This document shows, in pieces, positions 54,178 through 63,645 of a stretch of 64,000 bases of DNA. The stretch covers positions 11,264-75,263 of the forward strand of contig JBAQNH010000002.1 of assembly GCA_049303575.1 (NCBI GenBank). Direction: 5' to 3'. The translations under genes were made by a program, and so were the position numbers. Each line of letters begins with the position of its first letter. Position 1 is the stretch's first letter. This stretch comes from Microgenomates group bacterium. GTDB taxonomy: Bacteria; Patescibacteriota; Microgenomatia; UBA1400; MFAQ01. The notes beneath the pieces were generated by a model that had not been told where the DNA came from, searched no databases, and worked only from the letters and a program-made list of their open reading frames with translations.

Positions 54178-55222
54178 GTTTTATTATTTCCGCCTTCTTA
54201 AACATCAGCAAATCCTCTTCATCTGCTGTTGTCACAATTACCTGTCTGCCGGACATCACTCGTAACACTTCTTGTTTGTGTTCTTCATCCAACTCCGAAA
54301 AAATATCATCCAAAAGTAACGTTGCTTTTTTCTTCCCCATTTCTTCCAAATAATATATCTCGCCCATCTTCAAAGCCAAAACTGCCATTCTTTGTTCTCC
54401 CCTTGATCCATAAATAGACAAATCTCTTGTTCCTTCTTTAATTATTAGATCATCTTTGTGTGGCCCGACCAAAGTGTAGCCCACTGCCACTTCAGCATCA
54501 GCATACTGTGCCATTCGGGACTCACTTATTACGCTCAGATCATAAACAATTTTAAGTTTTCTAAACAACTCACTCTTCTCAAACAAACCATTAATATAGT
54601 CCGTCAACTCTCGGCGTTTATCTTGAATTACTTGTCCGTGTTTGATCAAAAGTCCGTCCCAGAAAGCCAAAGAATATCTGCTCGCCGTTCCGTCTCTTAC
54701 TGCATCAAGAATTCTATTTCTTCTACGTAAGGCTTGTTCATAAGTACTCAAACTATGCTCATACACTTTATCTACTTGAATCATTAATCTATCCAAAAAT
54801 TTTCGCCTTACATCAGGCGCCCCGCTAATAAGATCCACATCTTCCGGTCGAAACAATACCAAAGGTAAATACCCCAGGATATCTTTTCTCCTTCTTGAAA
54901 CACCATCCACTAGATACTTTCTTTTGTTAACGATTTTACCCATTACCGTTCCTCCATTAACCATTACTTCCAGATTTATAACGTCCTTTTTTGAAAGTGG
55001 TACCTCTCCGGAAACTCTTCCCAGCTCCTGTTCAAATCGCACCATCTCTTCCGTTCTCTTGGCTCTAAAGCTCTCCCCCACACCCAGTAAATAAATGGCT
55101 TCCAATAAATTAGTTTTTCCTCTCGCGTTTTCTCCCGCTATAACGGTCACTCCATCGGAAAAATCAAAAGACTTGCTTTCGTAATTTCTAAAGTCAGACA
55201 ATGTTATGCTTCTGATTCCCAC
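54170..55222 (-). CDS. recF: DNA replication and repair protein RecF
   Basis: 350 aa; ..FRNYESKSFDFSDGVTVIAGENARGKTNLLEAIYLLG.. Walker A, C-terminal signature and Walker B (..LLLDDIFSELD..). Confidence 0.85.
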   Translation of the reverse strand: MGIRSITLSDFRNYESKSFDFSDGVTVIAGENARGKTNLLEAIYLLGVGESFRAKRTEEMVRFEQELGRVSGEVPLSKKDVINLEVMVNGGTVMGKIVNKRKYLVDGVSRRRKDILGYLPLVLFRPEDVDLISGAPDVRRKFLDRLMIQVDKVYEHSLSTYEQALRRRNRILDAVRDGTASRYSLAFWDGLLIKHGQVIQDKRRELTDYINGLFEKSELFRKLKIVYDLSVISESRMAQYADAEVAVGYTLVGPHKDDLIIKEGTRDLSIYGSRGEQRMAVLALKMGEIYYLEEMGKKKATLLLDDIFSELDEEHKQEVLRVMSGRQVIVTTADEEDLLMFKKAEIIKLK

Positions 55223-55241
55223 GTCTCGATTTTACACTGTA

Positions 55242-56090
55242 TTATTTTTGACACCTTGGACAATAAAAAGTTCCTCTTCCCCCAATCTTCATTTTTTGAA
55301 TCATTCCCTTACACCTGCTGCAGGGCTGGCCATCTCTTTTATAAACCAAAAAGTGATCTTGATAAGTTCCCCCCATACCCTTGGTATCCACATAGTTTGC
55401 CGCACTGGCACCACCGTATTTAATTCCTCTGTTAATTACTTCTCTTATTGCCATCAACAAGTTCTTTGTTTCCAATGAACTCAAGCTATCTGCCTTACGG
55501 TTCGGCATTATTTTAGCCAAGTAAAGAGCATCGTTGGCGTAAATATTTCCCAATCCTCCAATTTTTTCCTGATCCATTAACACCAACTTCACCGCTCTCT
55601 TTGATTTTTTAAGAACCTCGGTCAAGTACTCCAAGGAAAACTCTTTCTCGGTTACATCCGGCGATGTCTTTCTCATTTCCTTCTCATATTTTTCTTTGTT
55701 CACCATTCTCATCCAACCAAACACTCTCAAATCATTGAAAAACAATTTACTTCCACCAACAAAGTTCAGTACCACTCTGGTGTGTTTACTGGGAAGATCA
55801 TTTACCCAGTCAGCCGTTGGGTGCCCTCCAACCACCCTCTCTTTCCCATCCAAAAATACCAATTGTCCCGTCATCTTTAAATGAACAGTCAATATTTCTT
55901 CTCTGTTCTTAAAATAGATCTCTATCAATTTTGATTTTCTGTCAACCCTTGAAACTTCCCAACCAACAAGTTTTTTAGGGTCTCCCCCAAAGCTTTTTTC
56001 TCTCAGCACTTCCACTTTTTTGATTTTCTTTCCGACCAATACCTCATTCAATTGACGACGAATTGTTTCGACCTCTGGTAACTCAGGCAT
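55242..56090 (-). CDS. mutM: Formamidopyrimidine-DNA glycosylase (Fpg/MutM)
   Basis: 282 aa; N-terminal MPELPEVE (catalytic Pro2/Glu3), H2TH, C-terminal zinc finger CSRC...CPRC. Confidence 0.85.
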   Translation of the reverse strand: MPELPEVETIRRQLNEVLVGKKIKKVEVLREKSFGGDPKKLVGWEVSRVDRKSKLIEIYFKNREEILTVHLKMTGQLVFLDGKERVVGGHPTADWVNDLPSKHTRVVLNFVGGSKLFFNDLRVFGWMRMVNKEKYEKEMRKTSPDVTEKEFSLEYLTEVLKKSKRAVKLVLMDQEKIGGLGNIYANDALYLAKIMPNRKADSLSSLETKNLLMAIREVINRGIKYGGASAANYVDTKGMGGTYQDHFLVYKRDGQPCSRCKGMIQKMKIGGRGTFYCPRCQK

Positions 56091-57216
56091 TTACTTTAGC
56101 AATTTCTTTTCTGACATTCTCCTCAAATTTTTCTTTAGAAAACAACCTTGCTCTATTAATCAGTTTTTCTCTGCTCCACTTTACTTTATTAAAGTGTTTC
56201 ATCGCTGTTTCCAAAGTCTTCACATCGGTTCCCTCAACAAAAACTCCGGTTTCTCCGTCTACAACAGTTTCTTTAAATCCTCCTCCGCGGTAAGCAATTA
56301 CCGGTGTTCCGGCAGCCATCGATTCAACCGGTGTCATTCCAAAATCTTCTTCCTTGGCTAAGGCAATAAATCCTTTCGCTCCGGCATATAGTTTGTGTAA
56401 ACTTTCATCATTAACGGCACCTAGAAGTTCTACACCCTTTATCTTTTTCAATTGATTTTCGACTTGAGAAAAACCAACTGCCTCTCCCACTATCTTCAAA
56501 GAAAAGCTCAAATGTTCGGCTGCTTTAGCCGCCTCAACAATTCCTTTGGCTCCAACCAATCTGGATACAATCAAAAAATAATCTTCCTTTTTTACATTTT
56601 TACTCGCTTCAATTATTTTTTCCACCTCTACTGGAGGATATACAACTACTGACTTTTGTCGGTAATATTTCCACACTCTTTGCTGAACATTTTTCGAATT
56701 TACAAGCCACTTATCCACCCTCTCAGATGACCATAAATCAAAAATTCTCAAATAGTGGTTTACTATGGTCGCATATATTCTCACAATCCAAAACTTCATT
56801 AGATTAATGCTCATTTCATATCCATATAAAAATCTCGGTGGAGTATGACAATAAGCCACCACCTTAGTTTTTTGACCTACCTTAAATCCTCTGGCAAAAA
56901 ATGACGAACAGGACGTAATCACCAAGTCATAACCGGATAAATCCAAAGACTTCCAAACCAAAGGAGCTAAAAATCTAAGTGGGCTATAAAGGTTCCATTT
57001 TCGAATCAACCACCCATACTTGCTCTCAATAATTTTTCTGTCTGAAAATTTCCGATCACAACTTGAGTTCTTAACTCTGAATGCTGTATATATCGGTGCC
57101 TCCGGATACATATCCGCCAAAACTCGCAGCACTCTTTCTGCTCCCCCAAATTCCTTAATATAGTCATGTACTAGAGCAATTTTCATAAAAATATTTCCTC
57201 CGTTTTTTTCTCCCAA
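56083..57216 (-). CDS. Family 4 glycosyltransferase (GT-B fold, group 1)
   Basis: 377 aa; C-terminal ..EEDFGMTPVESMAAGTPVIAYRGGGFKETV.. (E-x7-E motif region). Confidence 0.7.
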   Translation of the reverse strand: MGEKNGGNIFMKIALVHDYIKEFGGAERVLRVLADMYPEAPIYTAFRVKNSSCDRKFSDRKIIESKYGWLIRKWNLYSPLRFLAPLVWKSLDLSGYDLVITSCSSFFARGFKVGQKTKVVAYCHTPPRFLYGYEMSINLMKFWIVRIYATIVNHYLRIFDLWSSERVDKWLVNSKNVQQRVWKYYRQKSVVVYPPVEVEKIIEASKNVKKEDYFLIVSRLVGAKGIVEAAKAAEHLSFSLKIVGEAVGFSQVENQLKKIKGVELLGAVNDESLHKLYAGAKGFIALAKEEDFGMTPVESMAAGTPVIAYRGGGFKETVVDGETGVFVEGTDVKTLETAMKHFNKVKWSREKLINRARLFSKEKFEENVRKEIAKVNA

Positions 57217-58103
57217 GAATCTTTTGGTAAACGTAAAAGTAAACTATTAAAATTTAGTTCCTTAAAAAGATTTGTGGCTTTATTCTTATCGTAATTTGAC
57301 AGCAAACAATCTTCCCAATTTATTTTCAAAGGAGCTTCTTTATTTATCTCCGCTAGTTTATAGCTCTGCTCTGCCATTTTCTTTCCATCAGTCAACATTT
57401 CCCTAACTCTTTTGCTGATCTTTTCACTTTCAATATTTTTATATACCCCTTCCAGACTACCAAAATCCTGTATTAACTTTGTTGCCGTTACTTTTCCAAT
57501 TCCCTTTACTCCGGGAATATTATCCGATGAATCACCCATCAAACTTTTTAGATCAACAATATATTTTGGTTTAAATCCATACATCTCCACTGTTCTGTCC
57601 TCGTCAAATACCACTGCTTGTGAAGCTTTATTCTGTAAAGGCAAATACACCACAATCTGCTTCTCTTTGATTAATTGAAGTGCATCCCTATCAGCCGTCA
57701 CGATTACTACTTGAGTATCCTTTTCTTTTTTTTCATCAGTCGCCAATCTTGCTAAAGTTCCGATAATGTCATCACCTTCATATCCTTCAATCCCAAACTG
57801 AGGAATATTTAAAACCGAAACCACTTCTTTAGTTCTCTCAATCTGAGTTGCTAAGTCTTCATCCATTGGTCCACGATTAGCTTTGTACTCTACATACTCT
57901 ATTTTCCGAAAGGTCGGTCCTTTTACATCCCAAGCCACGGCCACGTGAGTCGGCCCCAACTTCTCCAGTATCGTAAGTAGCATTGCGGAAAACCCATACA
58001 CGGCATTGATTAGTTCTCCTTTGGATGTGGTCAACGTAAGAGGAAAGGCGTGATATGCCCGATGTAAAAGCGAGTTACCATCAATTAATATCAATTTCCT
58101 CAT
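57183..58103 (-). CDS. Standalone 5'-3' exonuclease / flap endonuclease (Pol I N-terminal domain homologue)
   Basis: 306 aa; ..LILIDGNSLLHRAYHAF.., ..EGYEGDDIIGTLA.., H3TH ..IPGVKGIGKVTATKLI..; no polymerase domain follows. Confidence 0.8.
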   Translation of the reverse strand: MRKLILIDGNSLLHRAYHAFPLTLTTSKGELINAVYGFSAMLLTILEKLGPTHVAVAWDVKGPTFRKIEYVEYKANRGPMDEDLATQIERTKEVVSVLNIPQFGIEGYEGDDIIGTLARLATDEKKEKDTQVVIVTADRDALQLIKEKQIVVYLPLQNKASQAVVFDEDRTVEMYGFKPKYIVDLKSLMGDSSDNIPGVKGIGKVTATKLIQDFGSLEGVYKNIESEKISKRVREMLTDGKKMAEQSYKLAEINKEAPLKINWEDCLLSNYDKNKATNLFKELNFNSLLLRLPKDSWEKKTEEIFL

Positions 58104-59965
58104 TTTTTTATCGCGAAGACAGCCTTTGGTTTACCCACAAGTTTTTCAAACTCTTCTTGCTCCAAGGTCTCGATCTTCATTAGTCTGGCTACAATCTTAT
58201 CCAAAATCCTCTTGTTGCCCGTTAGGATCCTTTCTGCGGTCTTCAAACCCTCATCTACCAGTTTCTTGATCTCTGTATCTACTTTTGCTTGAGTAGCCTC
58301 TGACAATCTAACGGACTCTCCGTAAGAATATCCCCAGTTGTTTACCTCGGTCATCTGACCCATGGCCACCGGACCCAGATCACTCATTCCAAAGTCCACT
58401 ACCATTCTTCGAGCCAGCATTGTCGCTCTTTCGATATCACTGGCGGCTCCGGCTGTTAGTTCGTTGAAAATAAGTTGTTCGGCCGCTCTCCCTCCCAAGG
58501 ACATGGCAATCTCGTCTTTAAGTTCAGTTCTGGTTTGTTGATATTTGTCTGTCTTTGGTCTACTCATCGTAAATCCCAGAGCCATACCGCGAGACACAAT
58601 CGAAAGACGATGAATTGGATCCGTTCCGGGCAATAGATGCCCAACCAATGCATGCCCAGCTTCGTGATACGCCGTCATTTTTCGCTCCAATTCAGACTGC
58701 AATCTTTTTCGTTCAGGTCCCATCTTAACTTTCATTGCGGCTTCTTCAATATCTACCATCCAGATTTCTTTTCTGTCATCTCTGGCCGCCAGTATGGCTG
58801 CTTCATTGAGCATATTTTCTAGATCCGCTCCTGAGAAACCTACCGTTCTTTCTGCTACCTTGTCCCAATTCAGTTTCTTCGCAAATGGTTTTCCTTTTTT
58901 ATGGATCTCAATAATCGACTTTCTTCCGGCAATGTCTGGCAAATCCAAGTTCACTCTTCGGTCAAATCTACCTGGACGAACAAGGGCGGGATCAAGCACA
59001 TCTGGTCTGTTTGTCGCCGCAATTACAATTACGTTGTCGGTTTGGGTAAAACCATCCATCTCCACTAAAATTTGATTCAGAGTTTGTTCGCGTTCGTCAT
59101 GACCACCCATACCACCGCCAACACCACGAGTTCTGCCAATGGCATCTACTTCATCAATGAAAATGATTGCTGGAGCCGCTTTTTTAGCCGTATCAAACAA
59201 ATCACGTACGCGGCTTGCGCCTACTCCCACAAGCATCTCCATAAACTCTGACCCTGCCATTGAGAAAAAGGGTACTCCGGCTTCTCCGGCAACCGCTCTG
59301 GCCATTAAGGTCTTTCCCACTCCCGAAGGTCCGGTCAAAAGAACACCCTTTGGTGTTCTGGCACCTAGATCTCGATATTTTTTAGGATTTTTCAAAAAAT
59401 CAACCACTTCTTCCAACTCTTTTTTAGCCTCATCTACGCCGGCAACATCCTTAAACTTTATATTTTGCTTACCCTTGGAAAACAATTTTGCTTTGCTTTT
59501 TCCTATACCAAACATGTCGCCTCCTCCACCCTGTCTACGCATTAAGAAAAACATCAGCAATCCAAATCCCAAAATGGGAACAACCAAAGAAATAACACTC
59601 CAAAAAGCTTTACTAAAATCTTGGGAGGTCACGGTTACCTTTATCTTGCTCTCGTCCACTCCGGCTTTTTGTAACTGATCCATAAAGCTCGAACCCTCTT
59701 CTTTCCTCGAAACTCCAATTACTTGTTTCCCTGAAGCATCCGTCGGGTAAATTAAAACCAATTCTTCCCCTCTAATTTCTACCGACTCCACTTTCTCTTG
59801 TTTAATCTCGGCAATCGCCGAAGATAAAGGCATATCAACCATAACTCCCGTCGAACCCAAAAGGAACTTTATAATGTAAGGGACAAAAAGAAATAAAATT
59901 AAGAACCAGATTAATAGTCTCCGCAAATTTATATTTAGTTTGAACTCAACTTTTTTTGTTTCCAT
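58100..59965 (-). CDS. ftsH: ATP-dependent zinc metalloprotease FtsH
   Basis: 621 aa; two N-terminal TM helices, AAA+ ..[23 protein letters not shown].., SRH, ..[10 protein letters not shown].. zinc site. Confidence 0.9.
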   Translation of the reverse strand: METKKVEFKLNINLRRLLIWFLILFLFVPYIIKFLLGSTGVMVDMPLSSAIAEIKQEKVESVEIRGEELVLIYPTDASGKQVIGVSRKEEGSSFMDQLQKAGVDESKIKVTVTSQDFSKAFWSVISLVVPILGFGLLMFFLMRRQGGGGDMFGIGKSKAKLFSKGKQNIKFKDVAGVDEAKKELEEVVDFLKNPKKYRDLGARTPKGVLLTGPSGVGKTLMARAVAGEAGVPFFSMAGSEFMEMLVGVGASRVRDLFDTAKKAAPAIIFIDEVDAIGRTRGVGGGMGGHDEREQTLNQILVEMDGFTQTDNVIVIAATNRPDVLDPALVRPGRFDRRVNLDLPDIAGRKSIIEIHKKGKPFAKKLNWDKVAERTVGFSGADLENMLNEAAILAARDDRKEIWMVDIEEAAMKVKMGPERKRLQSELERKMTAYHEAGHALVGHLLPGTDPIHRLSIVSRGMALGFTMSRPKTDKYQQTRTELKDEIAMSLGGRAAEQLIFNELTAGAASDIERATMLARRMVVDFGMSDLGPVAMGQMTEVNNWGYSYGESVRLSEATQAKVDTEIKKLVDEGLKTAERILTGNKRILDKIVARLMKIETLEQEEFEKLVGKPKAVFAIKK

Positions 59966-59977
59966 ATTTATTCGTCC

Positions 59978-60313
59978 CTATCTTATCACCGTTCCAGGCA
60001 CAACGTCGTCACTCAAGAACATTAGTTTTGGCCCATCTTCTCCATCGGACATTATTACCATCCCCTGGCTTTCTTCATCTCCCATTTTTTTTGGTTCCAT
60101 ATTCACAATCACAGGCAGAGTTTTACCCACCAGTTCCTCAGGCGTATACCATTTTCTGATTCCGCTAAAAAGCACTCTTTTCCCCAACTCCTCACCAAAA
60201 TCAATCTCATAACGAATTAGTTTTTCACTCCAACCGGGAGCACTTGCGTCCACAACCTTTCCTGCTCTAATGTCCAATTTTTCGAAATCTTCGTATTTAA
60301 TCAAGTCTTTCAT
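59978..60313 (-). CDS. tRNA-binding protein (CsaA/Trbp111/EMAP-like OB-fold domain)
   Basis: 111 aa; ..FEKLDIRAGKVVDASAP..SEKLIRYEIDFGEELGKRVLFSGI.. typical Myf-domain sequence. Confidence 0.7.
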   Translation of the reverse strand: MKDLIKYEDFEKLDIRAGKVVDASAPGWSEKLIRYEIDFGEELGKRVLFSGIRKWYTPEELVGKTLPVIVNMEPKKMGDEESQGMVIMSDGEDGPKLMFLSDDVVPGTVIR

Positions 60314-60316
60314 CGA

Positions 60317-61315
<999 letters not shown>

Positions 61316-61335
61316 TTAAGTTCTTACTACTAAAG

Positions 61336-61409
61336 TAGCTGGGGAGAGATTCGAACTCTCGGTCTCTTCTTTATGAATGAAGTGCTTTTACCAACTAAGC
61401 TACCCAGCC
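61336..61409 (-). tRNA. tRNA-Met (anticodon CAU), uninterrupted
   Basis: Reverse complement: GGCUGGG-UA-GCUU-AGUUGGUAA-AAGC-A-CUUCA-UUCAUAA-AGAAG-AGACC-GAGAG-UUCGAAU-CUCUC-CCCAGCU-A; G1.U72 wobble. Confidence 0.85.
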
Positions 61410-61538
61410 AGACTGCTATATTTTACCATCCTTTAGCCTCACAACATTCTAATCCTGAGATTAAACCTAGCATCAAGTAATTTAAATTTGTACTTCTTTT
61501 TACTCTAATACAATTCATTCACCCATATATTACCCGAA

Positions 61539-61567
61539 TTGTCAAACGTGCCCATTCGTGCTAGAAT
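61539..61567 (+). promoter_or_regulatory. Strong sigma70-like promoter (-35 TTGTCA, 17-nt spacer, -10 TAGAAT) driving a plus-strand non-coding transcript
   Basis: TTGTCAaacgtgcccattcgtgcTAGAAT; predicted start ~61574, 12 nt before the putative 5' exon. Confidence 0.55.
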
Positions 61568-61585
61568 ACGCTTGTTCGTTGATTT

Positions 61586-61841
61586 GCGGGTGGAAGGTGA
61601 GTATCTTGCGAGGCTCAAATGGGCCGTTCAATGAGTAATTGTTGAATAGAACTTGGCTATATCGGTGAAATCCTAGTAAGGGACAACGCCGAGGGAAGTC
61701 TCCGTCTATGACGGATGACCCCGTAGAGACTAAACGCCGAGCTCCTAGTTTACTAGGATGATGACATAGTCCGACACTCTGAGTAATTAGAGAAACTGTG
61801 CATAATCTCGCTTAACTGGGGAGCGTGACCCCAGACCCGCA
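61586..61841 (+). ncRNA. Putative intron-split tRNA-like gene (anticodon CAU after splicing): 5' exon 61586-61615, group I intron 61616-61800, 3' exon 61801-61841
   Basis: Exons fold as acceptor GCGGGUG/GACCCGC (6 of 7 bp) + discriminator A. The anticodon stem CGAGG/UCUCG closes the loop CU|CAUAA, which is reconstituted across the splice junction. T-stem is UGGGG/CCCCA. D-loop and T-loop are non-canonical (no G18G19, no T54-psi55-C56). 5' exon ends in U and intron ends in G; P1 is possible between exon GGCU and intron GGCC. Confidence 0.4.
61616..61800 (+). other. ORF-less group I intron (185 nt), fifth member of the 16S intron family, in plus orientation outside the rRNA gene
   Basis: Colinear with the reverse complement of the rRNA introns: GGCUAUAUCGGUGAAAUCC..., ...CGCCGAGGGAAG..., ...CCCCGUAGAGACUAAACGCCGAG... 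(R-like), ...GAUGACAUAGUCCGA... (S-like). Closest to the 3651-3890 ORF-less intron, with an about 40-nt deletion. Confidence 0.65.
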
Positions 61842-61844
61842 ACA

Positions 61845-62222
61845 CTATTTTAGAAGTGCCCACCACTTCTCCCAGTTTTCTACCTGTTTTTCTTCTTCTG
61901 TCGCCTCCTTTATAGTCAACTGGTCCCCTTTTGGTAGTACCGCCACCACTTCTCCAACTTTTTGCATATTTAGTTGTTCTCTGATTATTTTTTCCTTGTA
62001 TTCCTCGGTCATTACCAAACCAAGCTTATCCTTTAGCATTTGGTTCTTTGCTTCTTCCTCGACCAAACGAGTCTTAGCCTCATCTATTCGAACGTAACCC
62101 TTTCTTAACTGCCAAAGGTCTTTTGCCAAAGAAAAAATAAGTATCCAGGCAATAACTAAAATTATGCCTTTGATCCAGCCCTTTTTGTTTGTTTCCTTGT
62201 TTCCCCTGTTTAAAGCTTGCAT
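61845..62222 (-). CDS. FtsB/DivIC-like septum-formation initiator (single TM + coiled coil)
   Basis: 125 aa; N-terminal TM (IKGIILVIAWILIFSLA) followed by heptad-repeat region; family assignment by architecture only. Confidence 0.4.
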   Translation of the reverse strand: MQALNRGNKETNKKGWIKGIILVIAWILIFSLAKDLWQLRKGYVRIDEAKTRLVEEEAKNQMLKDKLGLVMTEEYKEKIIREQLNMQKVGEVVAVLPKGDQLTIKEATEEEKQVENWEKWWALLK

Positions 62223-62274
62223 TTTTAGAACCTAGAGTGTTATAATAAGTGCCATAAATAACTCAGTACCAATT

Positions 62275-63150
62275 ATGGAACAAATCGACCAAAACATCAA
62301 ACAAGCAATCGCTACTTTCAAAAGCCATCTGGCTTCTCAAGGTAGAGCTTCTGCTACCATTTTAGCTTACTCAAAGGATATTGAGCAGCTTGCTAATTTT
62401 GTTGCCAAATCTAACAAGAACAACCTCTCCGAGGTTACCAAGGAAGATATTGATGCCTTTAAAGACAGTCTTTCAGCCACAAACTACACCACCAAATCAA
62501 TCTCTCGTAAGATCAACTCTATTAAATCCTTCTTTTCATACATCGTCGCTAATGGTGCTATCTCCGAAAACCCAGCCACCAACGTTACTCATCCTAAATA
62601 TGACATCAAACCTCCTCGCATCTTAAACAAGATCGAGTATCGCGCTCTTCGAGATGCTTGTAGAGAAGACTCCAGAATGGCTGCCATTGTCGAGCTTTTG
62701 CTTCAGACCGGAATGCGTATTTCTGAGCTGGCCAACCTCAAAATTGCCGACCTGGACTTTACTGGTAATCAAATCACCATCCGTGCTTACGAGTCTCACC
62801 CTGAACGTATTATTCCTCTTAACCAACCTGTTAAAGAGTCCCTTACTCGCTACATGGAAACTCGTCCAAAAAGCGGTAACACTTTCGTCTTCATCACCAA
62901 GACAGGTAATGCTTTCTTGATTAGAAACATCCGTTCTAATCTCGATCGATATTTTCACCTCGCCGGTATTGAAAACGCCAAAGTCAACGACCTAAGACAC
63001 ACCTTTATCGCCCAGCAACTCACTTCTGGTAGTCCCTTGGTCTACATTAGTAAGTTAGTTGGACACAAAAGATTGTCCACCACTGAAAAGTATCTTGAAT
63101 TTATTTCCGAGAAGCCTGCAAAGGATAAACCAAAACTAATAGACCTTTAA
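62275..63150 (+). CDS. Tyrosine site-specific recombinase (XerC/XerD-like)
   Basis: 291 aa; N-terminal SAM-like core-binding domain, catalytic ..RISELANLKIADLDF.. (Arg), ..HTFIAQQL.. (His-x-x-Arg region), ..GHKRLSTTEKYL (Tyr) signature. Confidence 0.8.
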   Translation: MEQIDQNIKQAIATFKSHLASQGRASATILAYSKDIEQLANFVAKSNKNNLSEVTKEDIDAFKDSLSATNYTTKSISRKINSIKSFFSYIVANGAISENPATNVTHPKYDIKPPRILNKIEYRALRDACREDSRMAAIVELLLQTGMRISELANLKIADLDFTGNQITIRAYESHPERIIPLNQPVKESLTRYMETRPKSGNTFVFITKTGNAFLIRNIRSNLDRYFHLAGIENAKVNDLRHTFIAQQLTSGSPLVYISKLVGHKRLSTTEKYLEFISEKPAKDKPKLIDL

Positions 63151-63173
63151 AAAGTCTCTTTAGTTAATTAAAG

Positions 63174-63201
63174 AAGCTAGTCTTTATTGACTAGCTTTTT
63201 T
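63174..63201 (+). terminator. Bidirectional rho-independent terminator
   Basis: AAGCTAGTCtttattGACTAGCTTtttt; perfect 9-bp stem, 6-nt loop, T-run. Confidence 0.65.
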
Positions 63202-63542
63202 AATGCCTCCAGTGTCGTTTGGGACAAAAATCCGAGTACTTCCCCCATCTTCTCCATCGACCCAATCGCTAAAGCCAACCATCCAGAAGTTGATTTTCTG
63301 GTATCCTCCACAATTAAAAAGGCATTTCGTACTCCGGATACTTCCAGCTGTTCTCCTGTTACTTCATCTTCAACGTATATCGTCACTGGATTACCACTTT
63401 TTCCCAAGTTCATATTACCGGTAATTACCATCTCCTGTGACCACGGCGAGTTTGAAGGCATATCATTTAACTCTTCGTCAGGATTCGCTAGTCTGAGAAT
63501 CTTATCGTTCTTTACTTTTATTTTTTTGGATTTTACTTTCAT
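63177..63542 (-). CDS. Hypothetical protein (~121 aa from the internal Met; the longest ORF start would overlap the tRNA)
   Basis: ORF 63177-63575 in track; first ATG overlaps tRNA 63546-63619 by 30 nt, so the downstream in-frame ATG (MKVKSKK.., 63542) is preferred. Confidence 0.35.
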   Translation of the reverse strand: MKVKSKKIKVKNDKILRLANPDEELNDMPSNSPWSQEMVITGNMNLGKSGNPVTIYVEDEVTGEQLEVSGVRNAFLIVEDTRKSTSGWLALAIGSMEKMGEVLGFLSQTTLEALKKLVNKD

Positions 63543-63545
63543 TAG

Positions 63546-63619
63546 TGGGCCGACCAGGATTCGAACCTGGGACATCGAAGGTATAAGCTTCGCGCTCTAA
63601 CCAGCTGAGCTATCGGCCC
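63546..63619 (-). tRNA. tRNA-Ile with UAU anticodon (reads AUA)
   Basis: Reverse complement: GGGCCGA-UA-GCUC-AGCUGGUUA-GAGC-G-CGAAG-CUUAUAC-CUUCG-AUGUC-CCAGG-UUCGAAU-CCUGG-UCGGCCC-A; U33, anticodon U34-A35-U36, A37. Body closely resembles the tRNA-Ile(GAU) at 2899-2972. Confidence 0.75.
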
Positions 63620-63645
63620 AATCATGAATATTTTACCACTCAAGG

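Noticed and set aside
61410-61585. Possibility that the 61539-61841 element is tmRNA, RNase P RNA or SRP RNA
   Set aside because: None of the conserved motifs of those RNAs (tmRNA tag ORF/pseudoknots, RNase P GGAAAGUCCGGGCUCC-type P4, SRP domain IV GNAR loop) is visible. The internal 185 nt is colinear with the rRNA group I introns instead.
63177-63575. Full-length ORF start at 63575
   Set aside because: Would overlap tRNA-Ile(UAU) by 30 nt on the same strand; internal Met at 63542 preferred.
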